Shown: positions 49,301 through 60,863 of the stretch, one piece after another
Layout: each line of letters opens with the position of its first letter
Numbering within the stretch: the stretch's first letter is position 1
Assembly (NCBI GenBank): GCA_973895155.1
Contig: OZ316891.1
Coordinates: 22,519,168 to 22,583,167, forward strand
Source of the DNA: Marsupella aquatica
Lineage: Eukaryota; Plantae; Marchantiophyta
Direction: 5' to 3'
Length of the DNA: 64,000 nucleotides
Translations under genes and position numbers: made by a program
Notes under the pieces: model-generated
Told to the model about the DNA's origin: nothing
The model's database searches: none
What the model saw: only the letters and a program-made list of their open reading frames with translations

Positions 49301-52300
49301 AGGGTGTGTCAAAGCACAATTGTACCCTAGTTACGGCTCAGGGCATACAATGCACTTAAGGTCAGGACAGAATCATTATGGGTTACCAAAATATGTACCC
49401 CATAAGGGTGGTACGTCCAAAAAAATTAAACCGTAACACTTTGGTTACGAGAGAACTTTGACATGCCTATTACCCTTGTGGTAGTAGTTGGTTTACATCA
49501 CCACTAGCCATATAAAAGGGGGAGGTGTCCAAGACTTCTCTCTTTTTCACTTTACTCTCATTCTTCTCCTCTCCCCTTCCATTGTGCTCCACAAATTCAC
49601 AAAATGATACTTTATGTGGTAAGACCCAGGGTAACCAGGTTTTCATCATGGCCAATGGTGGTTTAAATCACAACTGCATGCCTATAAAGAGTGCCTATAG
49701 AGAGCGTATCAAAACAGCGCCATACATGAGATACGGCCAGGACATAAGGAGTTGCAGGCTACTTAAATACAAGCCCAATATGGATCTTAGGTCTAGAGAG
49801 TTTCAGCCCATAACACTCTGTGTAAACGAGAACTTTGACATGCCCTACTATAAAGTGCACAGGTTCAGGAATGGACTTGATCCCCAGGGAAGGTGATCAG
49901 TGCTCTGACTTTTATTGGCAAGTGCCTTTCATTACAAATGTATAGGTTCAAAACACCTTTCAATATAAAGTGCACAAGAATAGGCTTGCGCTCCACAAAA
50001 GGTGGTGAGTGCTCCACCTTTCATAGTGAGATCTTGTTCACCAGGACATGAGGAGTAGTGAGCGAGGGAATGGGGCTGTTGTATGGGCAGGTGTGGTTTA
50101 ACAAAAACCTTGAACGAGTATAGACAAGACAAAAAAAAACTTGGAGAAAAAAGTATTGTCCCTTATTTCCCTGCTTATTTCCCGTTCATCTTTGCCCCGT
50201 CCCTCTGTACCCTCTTTCAATTATGTCCTCACTGAGAATTACTATCTAGAGGCATCACTAGGACGTCTCAAAGCCCGGGTTTAACAAGATATGGCCCTCC
50301 CGTAACTCAAGTATTATGGAAACTCCCGTTTGGGAATTCTGGGAGCTAATCTTCCGCTACTACAAGGAAGTCTCTCGGCTCAACACTTAACCCATAAATT
50401 TTCCTGAAATTTCAGGGGCAAATCCAGAAATCCAGGACTCCGTAACTTGGGAAAGCCATGATTAAAGGCCATTGGGCTTTGCGCCTGACGTGATGATGGC
50501 TCCTGCATTTTTAGGTGATGTGATCTAGAATGAATGAAAAATGATATGTGCTATGAGACAGAAGTGAGGCCGTAACTTCTGCCTTATGGGGCGGGTCAAT
50601 GCTACCTCCCCCATTTTAAATTCCTTAATTGGGTCCCATATCCAGAGTTATATCATGGAACACAAATCCGTAACTTTTCACCAACAACCCAGCTTTGAGA
50701 CGCCCTATTGTAGACACCAGGCCCAGGAAGTAGCTTTTGATCACATTTTATTAGTTAGATAAGGAGTTATTAATTAAACACCACTGACCAGTTCCAAGGG
50801 GCAGTGTACAAGAACTCCCCATGTTTCCACATTCCATTCACTTTTCTCCTCTAGGGTGTGGGTTTGCTCCAAAATTTTGGGGAAAGGTTATTTTTGATTA
50901 TTTTTGATTGTAGCTATGGGTAACACATAGCTTTTGAAGGACATATGTGGTTTCCAAACCCACTGAAGAAATGCAAAAAGGCTGGTCCAATCCACTCACT
51001 TGCACTATTGGGTTTTCAGGATTTAATTTCAATCTATGGTTGTTACCTGTTGTTTGGGGAAATTACCCTGTCAAGAGGGATTGGCACTGCTTTTCAATTG
51101 GGCATGACAGCTATGTACAATAAACAAAAAAAAGGGGCATTGTTAGACTGGGTGTTTAATGTATCCAATAAACAAAGCCCCCTTAGGTTGGAGATGCTCT
51201 AAGCATGCATAAAACATCATTGTATTGCATGGGAGAACTTGCCATATTTTAGCAACACTAGCCTCAGCACCCTTTCTTTGAAGAAGAATGCACAATCATG
51301 ATCCGGATTGACTTATTATGAGATTTCTCCTTATTTTACAAAATCAATAAAATGAGAAAAATCATTTTTGGTTTTCACTAGGTCTTGCCAAGTTTAACAT
51401 CTAGAAAAACATATTGGAAAAAGAAGGATAACCAAGACTTAAACTAACTTTTGGCTCCCAAATTGAGAGCCCCTTTTCACCCAGCTTTGCCTACAGTAGT
51501 TTAACACCTAGAGAGAATTACAGGAGACAGGGTTACATCCCAGAAGTAATGTGAAGGAAACTAAATTGTGGCTCTCAATTCAAACTCAGTTATATGGACC
51601 CTGACCTATGGTATCCCAGCTTCAGAGTTCACAGCACTCTTACTCACTGACCAGAGACCAGACTATGTTAATATTTTAGTGCAGGGGCACTTGGTCAAAC
51701 TACAGTCAACCTTGTCAAATTGGAGCATGGATATGTGCATTCTGTGGTTAAGTGCAGGCCGACCTTGTTGTCCCCCAATATTCCAGCATTTCGTTTGTAA
51801 ATGCACCAAAATGGTAATTTCCACAAGCAAAGGTCAACGCTCACTAAAAAACATATACATAAGTGTGTTTCAGTCTACAGTGCACACCTGCATTTATCAG
51901 TAACTGCAACCCACACATAAAATAGATTTATTGATAAGTGCAGCAAATAACAACAGAAAGTAGTTTTGTGCACTTATCCAGGTTAGGGTAGTATTTCTAT
52001 TTGAAATCATGCAATATAAGGGCTTTGGGTATGAGTCCAAATTGTGTGGTCCTACAACACAATGGAGAAGTGCATAAGCCATTTCCCATGTACTTACTAG
52101 CAAAGACCATACACATATAGAAGTGCATTTCTAACATAGTGCATTCACTGGATAAGTGCTGGCTGGTGGTGTCGTCCCATTGGGTGCTTGCACTTAGACA
52201 GGGTTGACTGTAGTTTGAGTCATTGCACTTAGACGCAACGTAGTTTGAGTCATTACAGACAGAGTACAGGTTGGCGACGACGTGCACACCATAAATGCGA

Positions 52301-52593
52301 TTCCTACGCCCCCAGCCCTGGTGAATGCCCATACTTCACAGCTACGCAACGACAGATCTGATCTGGTTTCTTCAATTTGGTTGCATTTCAATCAGACCCA
52401 CTTGCACAAGCATTCTGCTTTGAGTGAGTTTCGTCAGAATTGTTGAAGAGATATTCCTCGACTTCATGACCGATTGGGCTACTGTGGATTGGGAATTGGG
52501 CACTTGCATCACGGCGGAGAAGGAGCTCTCGAGGAGGTGAACTGTGGAAGAGTTGGATTGAAGATCGGAGAGTTGCAATATCGAGGGGGAGAA

Positions 52594-53697
52594 ATGGCGA
52601 CGGCAGTGGAGGAAGTCGCTCCCCAGGCAATTGCGGAGTTGAAGTTGGAGGACCCCAAGCCAGCAGCGTTTGATCGGCATCTGGAGCTGTTTGATGCAAG
52701 GCAAGTGCAGATCCCTCCATTCAAGGCTCCCAAGATCTACAACAGTGTGGTCGACCTGATTGGGTGGACCCCTCTTGTGGAGATCAATCACATTACGAAG
52801 AAAGAGGGCGCAGTTGCAAGGATTGTGGCCAAGGTTGAAGGACTCAACCCCGGTGGTTCTGTCAAAGACAGAATAGCTCTCACCATGATTGAAGATGCCG
52901 AAGCAAAGGGCTTGATTACACCTGGAGTGAGTACTCTCGTGGAGCCCACAAGCGGCAACACTGGTATTGGTCTGGCCCTGGTGGGCGTCCAAAGGGGTTA
53001 CAAGGTAGTGTTCGTTATGCCCCACACCTATTCTCTTGAGCGACGAATCGTCATGCGAGCTCTTGGTGCAGAAATCCATGTCACAGATGCAATGAAAGGG
53101 TTGGATGGATTATTCGGAAAATGTAACCAACTGCTCGCAGATATTCCTAATTCTCATATGCTCGCCCAATTTGATAATGTATATAATCCTCTAGCCCATT
53201 TCAAGACGACGGGGCCTGAAGTATGGGCAGCTACCGAAGGAAAGGTGGACATATTCGTGGGAGTCGCTGGAACTGGTGGAACTATTACAGGAGTGGGTCG
53301 TTATCTGCACAGCATGAATCCAAACATAAAAATTGTTGCTCTGGAACCAGAAGAAAGTCCAGTTATGCAAGGGGGCCAACCAGGTCCTCATCCAATACAA
53401 GGCACTGGGCCCGGCATCATTCCAAGCAACACCGATGTATCAGTTTTTGATGAAATATTCAGTGTCTCCGGTCCTGAAGCCTTAACCATGGCAAGGAGAC
53501 TGTCAGCCGAGGAAGGGCTGTTTGTGGGGATATCGTCGGGTGCTGCAATTGCTGGAGCTTTGAAGGTAGCCAAAAGACCAGAGAATGCTGGCAAGCTCAT
53601 TGTAACTCTGTTACCAAGCATGGGTGAGAGATATCTTAGCACTGCTCTCTTTGCGTCAATCAAGGAAGAAATGGAAAATTTGAAATTTGATGATTAA
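52594..53697 (+). CDS. OASTL: Cysteine synthase-like / O-acetylserine(thiol)lyase family (BSAS) PLP enzyme, intronless, 367 aa
   Basis: LIGWTPLV, PGGSVKDRIA (PLP Lys), EPTSGNTGIGLA, QFDN, GTGGT, GISSGAA, PSMGERYLST. Confidence 0.92.
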   Translation: MATAVEEVAPQAIAELKLEDPKPAAFDRHLELFDARQVQIPPFKAPKIYNSVVDLIGWTPLVEINHITKKEGAVARIVAKVEGLNPGGSVKDRIALTMIEDAEAKGLITPGVSTLVEPTSGNTGIGLALVGVQRGYKVVFVMPHTYSLERRIVMRALGAEIHVTDAMKGLDGLFGKCNQLLADIPNSHMLAQFDNVYNPLAHFKTTGPEVWAATEGKVDIFVGVAGTGGTITGVGRYLHSMNPNIKIVALEPEESPVMQGGQPGPHPIQGTGPGIIPSNTDVSVFDEIFSVSGPEALTMARRLSAEEGLFVGISSGAAIAGALKVAKRPENAGKLIVTLLPSMGERYLSTALFASIKEEMENLKFDD

Positions 53698-55519
53698 GTG
53701 CAATATGGACAATATCCATCTTCTCTGTTCAAGTATCGTAAGCCATTCTCAAAAGCCCTAGAGGACTGAACTGTAGAGCTCCCTGAAGTTTCTAATGGAG
53801 ACAATTGAGGCTCTGTAGATATTGCCAAGTATACAGCGTGCTATTTGCGAAGAAACGCTCGACTGGGTGCAAACTTATGGTTGAGCATCGGAGAAAGATG
53901 TAAGGCAGCTTGGGCGACTCCCCATCTTGTTTACTTTGTGTTTGGATGTTCACTTTTCATTCCGTTTTATGGCTCTCGGGATATTAGACTTCAACTGTAA
54001 GGCGTGTGTTACAACGTGAGAAGTCTCATAGTCAGCAGACTCGGTTTAAGGATGACAGCGACAAGTTGCATCAACCAGACGAGGATTCGCTCCACTATCC
54101 TACATAAACGACATTCAGTCGATCAATGATCTTTTCACCAAGCATTTGGAAAGAGATCTCTTGAGGATTCTTGAATGCCCATTCTTAGAGAATAGATAGG
54201 GTGATCTTGGACAGTCCAACAGGACATATTCTGCCGTCACTGCAATGCTGGGTTTATCGACGATGACTGGTACTAGCTGCTCACTTCTAGCAAGGACTCA
54301 CTCGTAGCCTCTTCCACTGCCTTAACTTAGTTGTCTATATGTATAGAAGATTTCATCTCACAAGGACCAGGCTTCCGTTGCTAAACTTATTAGGGCAATG
54401 CCAAGAGAGACAGCAAATAGAAAGCTCTCATGTATATCACAGTCCGAATGCCTTGCATTTCTTTCAAGGTGGTTCTACTTCAGACTTCATCATAATGTCA
54501 GGGGAAAGAGGGGACTCTTCTTACTGTTTGACCCAATTTCTTGCGTGTCTGACTTGTCAGCAATATTTGTTCTTTTGTACCGTGACGAATAGAAGATGCC
54601 ATGGCCACTCCTTCCCGGTGTCCACTTGGAATACACACTGCCTGCATATGAATAAGGTTGTTCTGTAAAAGCAGCAAGGTTTCTGACAGGATTTTCAGCT
54701 GTGGGGATTGTTGCAACTCCAGCTGTTTGGAACAATGCACAGTTATAAATTTTAATGCAATGAATCTTGAGCCCTTCTGCTTTGTTATTTTGCTGGTTAC
54801 TGTACTTTTGATGAATAGAGTGTAGGGATTTTCCCGTTGCTCCAAAATTATTTACGCGAATAAAGGTAATGGATATCAAGCTTGTGAATATGTTTTATGG
54901 GAAGGATGTCACTCTTTGGAAAACACGATTGAAGATCAACTGACTATCAACTGTTGGGTTCAAAGAAAAACATGAGCGTCCTGGCACTCAGCCCTCCTGA
55001 CTGATGTGGTGCTGTAAAAGCTATCTGTGAAAGGCAATTGGGGAGGATGCTCCCAACCTTTGAGACACGTATCGAAGCTTGGATACTGAATTGCACTGTC
55101 GTTGTTGCGATTCAGTTTCTATTGAAGATGCATTCCGATACATTTGTTTTCATCCATCATGTGATATCATTCATTCTTTTCCGGTGTTTGTATTTGTTGT
55201 CGTATTTTAAATTCCGTAATGTGGGGTAAACTTTGGAATTTGGAAATGTGCGTCAACGATTTACAGTGCACCTACCCAGTTCTGTTTCGAGGTTACCTCA
55301 AGGGAGGAATGCTCAAGAATGTCACTCAGTCTAAGAATTTCGATGAAGACTGAGGTATGCCCACTCTAGTCAACTGAATCTCTTATAACAGTTGGACGCT
55401 AACCCTGTTTCCATTAGTCTGGACTGGTCTCGAAGTGATGGCCTGATTGGAACCTTATCCGGTAAGTTGCTTAAAGCCACCTGATTAGCCCAAAAGTCGA
55501 CCAGATGCTGCCAATCAGC

Positions 55520-58500
55520 TTTTTTTTTTTGCCTCGAAAAGACTCAATGAAATCCATTCAAAAAGCCAGAATACAGAAAGGGGGCCAAAAGCAACCACCC
55601 GGAAGGACCAGAGGTCAAGGTGCCGGGGCCGGTGAAGCCGGAACCGAGTAAGAAGCCACGCCTCAAAAAAGGCAGCCAAACTAGAAATTTGGAAACTACT
55701 ACAGGAGCAGCACACCCCCAAAGACCGGTCAGTGAACAGGGACCGGCGAGGTACTGAACAGTAGGTCCGTGAAAGAAAAACAATCAGTCTACCAGTAGTG
55801 CAGCTTCAAAACCCAAAGGATCCGTTGAATCATGGAGGACGCGGAGGAACAGGTTGAACCTGAAGTGTGTCTTCATGAATCTGCCATAAGCCATCCCACG
55901 CTCCAAATGCCCGGGCCAGGTCCCGTCGTGCATCAGCGAAGGTGGTCTTCCCTGACCGAATCCTGGCCCTATGTCTGGCCCAGTCACGTTTGAGGTAAAT
56001 GCCAAGGCGTTGCCAGGCCTTCCTGATGACTCCGTGAGGATTTGGTCGTGTATGCTCAATAAAGTGTGTGCATCGGTCCTTCCAGATATTCCAGCAAATA
56101 ATAGCCCCGAGAAGATGCCAGAGCTTTGCTGGAATGTCCCACGTTTCTGGAAGTTCAGCCCCGACAAAAATGTGGACTGGTAGGAGGAGGATCGGTCCTG
56201 CTCCGTGAGAGAACGCGCATTGTTGAAGAATGACTTGCACCCAGGTCCATATCCCCTGAGACACAGCACACTCCCAAATGCAATGAACGATGTCTTCGTG
56301 TTGGCTCAAACCGCATCTAGTGCACCATGTACTAGGATCAGTGGGTGGGAGACGAGGAAACCTCCAGTGCTGTGTCGCCGGGATGCGGTAAAGCAGTTGC
56401 CACAGGTAACAGCTTTCCCGAGCAGCACAAAAGGGGAGCCAGGTGCGTGTCCATAGTGTTCCAGGGTCAGGGGTCCAGTTCAGTCGAAGTGCCCATTTGT
56501 GCAAGGCCTTGTGGAGGATTCTGGGGGATCTCCCCTGGATTACCCGTAAATGAGCAGTGGACGTATCCAGGAAAGGAAGGCCATCCTTCCACTCGTGCTG
56601 GAGCAAGGGTGCCAAAAGGCCGATGGGCCTCCCGATGCGAAGCATGAGGGCTGCAGCAGCACTCGACTTCCTAACCAAAACCCTGTGCAGGAGTGCCTCC
56701 GGTGGTGGTGCAAAAGTGGCCATCTTGTGTAGACAGTTGTTGATGACTTGGAAGGTCCGTTTTGGTGCTGAGGTAGCCTGGGCGAATTGCCATTGGGTCG
56801 TAATGAGTTGCCTCATGGTAGAGAACTCCCAGATGTACAGGTTGCCATTCGGAAGCCATGCTTCCATGAAAATTGGGAGTACTCCTCTAGGCTCATGGTG
56901 CAGTTCCGGAACACTCTTGAGATTGGCTATCATCTTCTGGTAAGCGCAAGCACAATTCCGGGGTAAAAGTGCACTAGGCCCGTCCTCCCACCTCAGGAAG
57001 TGCCCCTGTGCATCCAGGACATCCTGCATCAAATGAAAACCTGCCCTCCTGATTTTACGTTGTGGATTGCTGTGGCACTTCGCCCCACTGGAGTTGATAT
57101 GGTTGAGATGAGGTCGCCAGAGAGGGAGGTGCCTCCACCCTTCTAAGTGTCCCGGAGGTGTGGGCCTCAAATGTTTCTTGACAACATTCCATGCAGTGCA
57201 GACATTGATCCAGACCTGTGAGCCATCCCGAGGGAGAGTATGGCAGTGAGAGAATGCCCACGTAAACTCGTCAGCTCCCCATTTTTGCAAAGAGAGTTTC
57301 CTAATTTCAAATTGAAGGAGTCATCACAGGGGGTGATCTCCTTCCGCCAAAGCCCAAATTATGAAACTCCCAGCCAAAGCTCGGAATTGTGTCACCAAGG
57401 AGATCAATCCGAGTCCCCCGTGACTCTTAGGCTTGGTGATAGTTGCAAAATCAACCCTGGCCCGAGCCTTAGTGTTCTGCCCCGCCCACCCAAAGGCGGT
57501 AATCTTCTTTTGCAAGTTGTCTAGCGTGCTAAGCTGCCCCGCCCATATGGTAAGAGAGAACCACAGAGTGCTCAGAACCAAGTGATTGGCCACAATGACC
57601 CGGGCGATCAGCGAGCCAGAGGTCTTACGGACTTTATCCAATCTAGACTCCAGCTTTTCAGATAGATAATGGACCATCTGATGTTCCGAAATGTGCTGCG
57701 CGATAGGAATCCCAAGGAGCTTAGTGGCGCTGTGTTCATCTTCCCACCCCCAGGGTAGCCGCCTGAATTCAATTGGGATCCTCCGTGGAGAAATGTATGC
57801 GGCCTTGGTTTTTTCCCAGGCACAGAAAAGGCCGGAAGCCTTGCCGAAGAGGTCTAGAACCAGCTTGCTTCTATCGAGAAATTGCGTCACGGCCTGAATC
57901 AGTAGGGCTAAGTCGTCAGCAAACAAATTATGAATATTGTGTACCCCCAGGTGTGGGATGTCGACCCCCTGAATGGAGCCCCTGCTGACTTCTCTGCTTA
58001 AGATGTTGCTAAGGGAGTCGATCGCAATAAGAAAAAGTAGAGGAGACAATGGACACCCCTGTCTCACCGAGCGGGCAAGGTTAAAAGGTGAGGCCATCTT
58101 CCCATTAAGAAGCACTGCCGAAAATGCAGAGGCATGGGTGGCACTCAGAAATCGCGTGAGCAGGCCGTTGAACCCCGTCTTCTCCAAGATTGACAGCAGG
58201 AAATGCCATTCAAGCTTGTCGAAGGCCTTGATGATGTCTAGCTTCAGTAGTATGTAATCCAAGCCAGATGTCTTAGCATGGTGCAGCGTTTCGTTTAGAA
58301 GCATAAGAGAATGGTGGATGTTGCGCCCCGGGAGGAAGGCAAATTGCTGAGGCGAGATGAAACGCTGTAAAATCGGAATAAGCCGCATCTGGAAAGCTTT
58401 AGCTCCGATCTTATGGGCTACATTCAACAACGTAATGGGGCGCTTATTGGTGAGGGATCTTTGGTTGTCTTTCTTTGGGAGGAGGACAATGAGGCCCCGG

Positions 58501-58742
58501 GTGATCTCGGGAGAGAAGTCCTCCTCAGCCAGGCCAAGCAAAAGTGCTCTGTGAAGCGATGGGCCCACCGTGTGCCAATTTGCCACGAAGAATTCGACGG
58601 GGACCCCGTCTGGGCCAGGGCATCTATTGAATGCCAGCGCAGCTGCTGCTTTCCCAAGTTCTTCCACCGTGAGGGGTGCATTGAGCAGATTCTGATCCTC
58701 CAACGTGATGCGCCTAGATTGTAACTCGAGGACCTGAGACAC
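55520..58742 (-). mobile_element. 5'-truncated L1/Tx1-type LINE retrotransposon
   Basis: Poly(A) tail seen as T11 at 55520-55530; TSD TGCTGCCAATCAGC at 55506-55519 and 58743-58756; RT motifs CPGPDG, RPITLLN, KLDIIKAFD, RQGCPLSP, LFADD; zf-RVT CTRC...HCIWEC; endonuclease absent. Confidence 0.95.
55830..58742 (-). pseudogene. LINE ORF2 remnant (RT plus C-terminal zinc finger) broken by TGA-TGA at 57321-57326
   Basis: ORFs 57324..58751 and 55830..57290 are in the same frame, separated only by two adjacent TGA codons. Confidence 0.88.
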
Positions 58743-60381
58743 TGCTGCCAATCAGCTTTTGAATGTGTGGAAAGGTCGGACATTAAATGATTGAATTGGG
58801 CAATTGATACAGGACTATAGATACAGCTTTAGGTGGTTTTAATGGTCATCATCATCAAAATGCTTCTCAGACATGGCCAAATGAAAAGTATACCCTTGTT
58901 AATAATTTATTTGAACATTTTGCTTCACCATGCTGTCGCCCCTGTCACCTCTACATTTCCCCTATCACCCTCGGATCTTGCAGAGGGACCTCTCTTTTCA
59001 CCCTGCAGTTTCCCTGTCACCCTTTGTTTGTCCCTGTTCACCTGCAGTTTCCCCTATCACACTTTGTTCTCTTTGGAAATGGACAGACTTGTTTAGAGCC
59101 CTCACTTTGCCCCTATCACACTTTATTTCTCAGTGGAGAGAGCTCAATGGAGCTCTAACTGAGCTTTATTTGGAAGCTCAGTATGATTTTGATTTGAAAA
59201 TAATACAATCTTACTGCAAGGAATTTTCTGCATTTCATTGTCCTCTCTCAAGTATAAAGCATGGCTCGGTTGCAGCTATTATGAAGTGGAACTCACATCA
59301 TACTTTTTGAAATACTCAAAATACAACCTATTAGAAAGTTATGGAACTTGTGGTGGACAATGTTACAGTCCATTTGGGCTATTTAAATCTACATTTAGGG
59401 CTTACTCTTGTTATCCATGGCCACTGGGGAGTCATGGCTGTAGCCCCCTAGGGCTCACTCCACTAGGGATCACCCGCCTTGGGGATTACATCCCGTAACC
59501 CCCTTGCAGCAATGGGTTACCCTACACCACTTAACTGATCTTCTCAATCCCTGACCACTTGGGGTCATGGCTACCCCCTTAGGTTCACCACCTGGAGCAT
59601 TACTTCCCAAAACCGCCTTGCAGCCATGGGTTACCCTGCACCTCTTAATTGATCATACCCAATTTCCCTGGTTGTACTTGGGGATCTTGAACTTACTTCT
59701 TGCTGATGATTCACCACAAAGACTCACTTCTAGGAGTAACATGTTTAACATTTAATGGTGTCCTGCAGTTCATTGAACATTGACTCGAAACAGCAACAGC
59801 CGGCCCCCCTGCTGGAATAAAAAAAATTCTAAGTACTACTAGCTGCATGTGAAACCCATCTTTGGGGGAGGATGTAGTCTGAGTTGGTGGTCATTGTCTG
59901 CCTTATAGATTTGCTTGAAGATGCAATTTATTATGTAATTGCATTTCCAAGTATCGTAGGTAAATGAACCCCATCTTTAAACCCCATCTTTGAGAGTATT
60001 AGAATGAATGAACCCCACCTTTAGGATGAGATAAATGCTAAAAGAGGACACTCCCCTAGGATACATCCCACACAGCCCCCTTCCCACCATGGGTTACCCT
60101 ATACCACTTAAGTCACCCAACGCCATTTATTTGATCCTATATTCCCAACTTAATTGATTGTAGTCGGGGTTCTTGAACTTAGTTCTTGCTGACGATTGTG
60201 CGTCATAATGGGCATAGTTCACGCCTCCACCGCCGTCTTTCTCTAGGACAGAGCTCCCACACTTGGTTCTCTCTCGACTCTTGTAGAGTTGTAGTATTCC
60301 TTGTTGCTTCTCCCTCCATCATTCCGGCCAAGGAATTTCTTGCGGGTTCTCACTCCAGCATTGCCCCTTGCAGCTGCCCAA

Positions 60382-60745
60382 TTTCTTGGGTAGGTTCTCA
60401 CTGCAGCTGTGATTGAGCTGAGTGAGCAATTCCTGGTGTGTGGATTCTCAGTTCGCCAGCATTGCAGCACGGCATTTTCTTGGGTAGGTTCTCGCTGCAG
60501 CTGTGATTGAGCTGAGTGAGCAATTCCTTGTGTGTGGATTCTCAGTTCGTCAGCATTGCAGCACGGCATTTTCTTGGGTTGGTTCTCCACTGCAGCACTG
60601 ACTGATTGAGCTGAGTGAGCAATTCCTTGTGTGTGGATTCTCAGTCCGTCAGCATTGCAGCTGGCCATTTTCTCTGGGTAGGTTCTCACTGCAGCACTGA
60701 GTAAGCTGAGTGAGCAATTTCTTGTTTGTAGATTCAGCATTGCAG
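60382..60745. repeat. Tandem repeat of ~95-bp units (about 4 copies) immediately upstream of the NRPE7-like ATG
   Basis: Unit tttcttgggtaggttctc..ctgcagc...gagctgagtgagcaattcct.gtgtgtggattctcagt.cg.cagcattgcag at ~60382, ~60477, ~60571 and ~60670. Confidence 0.88.
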
Positions 60746-60863
60746 CAGAAAGATATTCCTGGTAGAGCTGCATTGGAGACTTTGGAGCCTTCTTTTCTTC
60801 GAGAGCGAGTGAGAGTATTTGGAGCCCTCTTTCTTCGAGACCGATTTGTGAGGGAGTGGCCAG

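Noticed and set aside
52474-52593. Upstream extensions of the ORF-track calls (also 2919-2975)
   Set aside because: They rely on non-ATG starts; the first in-frame ATGs (52594 and 2976) fit eukaryotic initiation and family length.
52372-53079. 235-aa minus-strand ORF
   Set aside because: Antisense shadow of the cysteine-synthase-like CDS.
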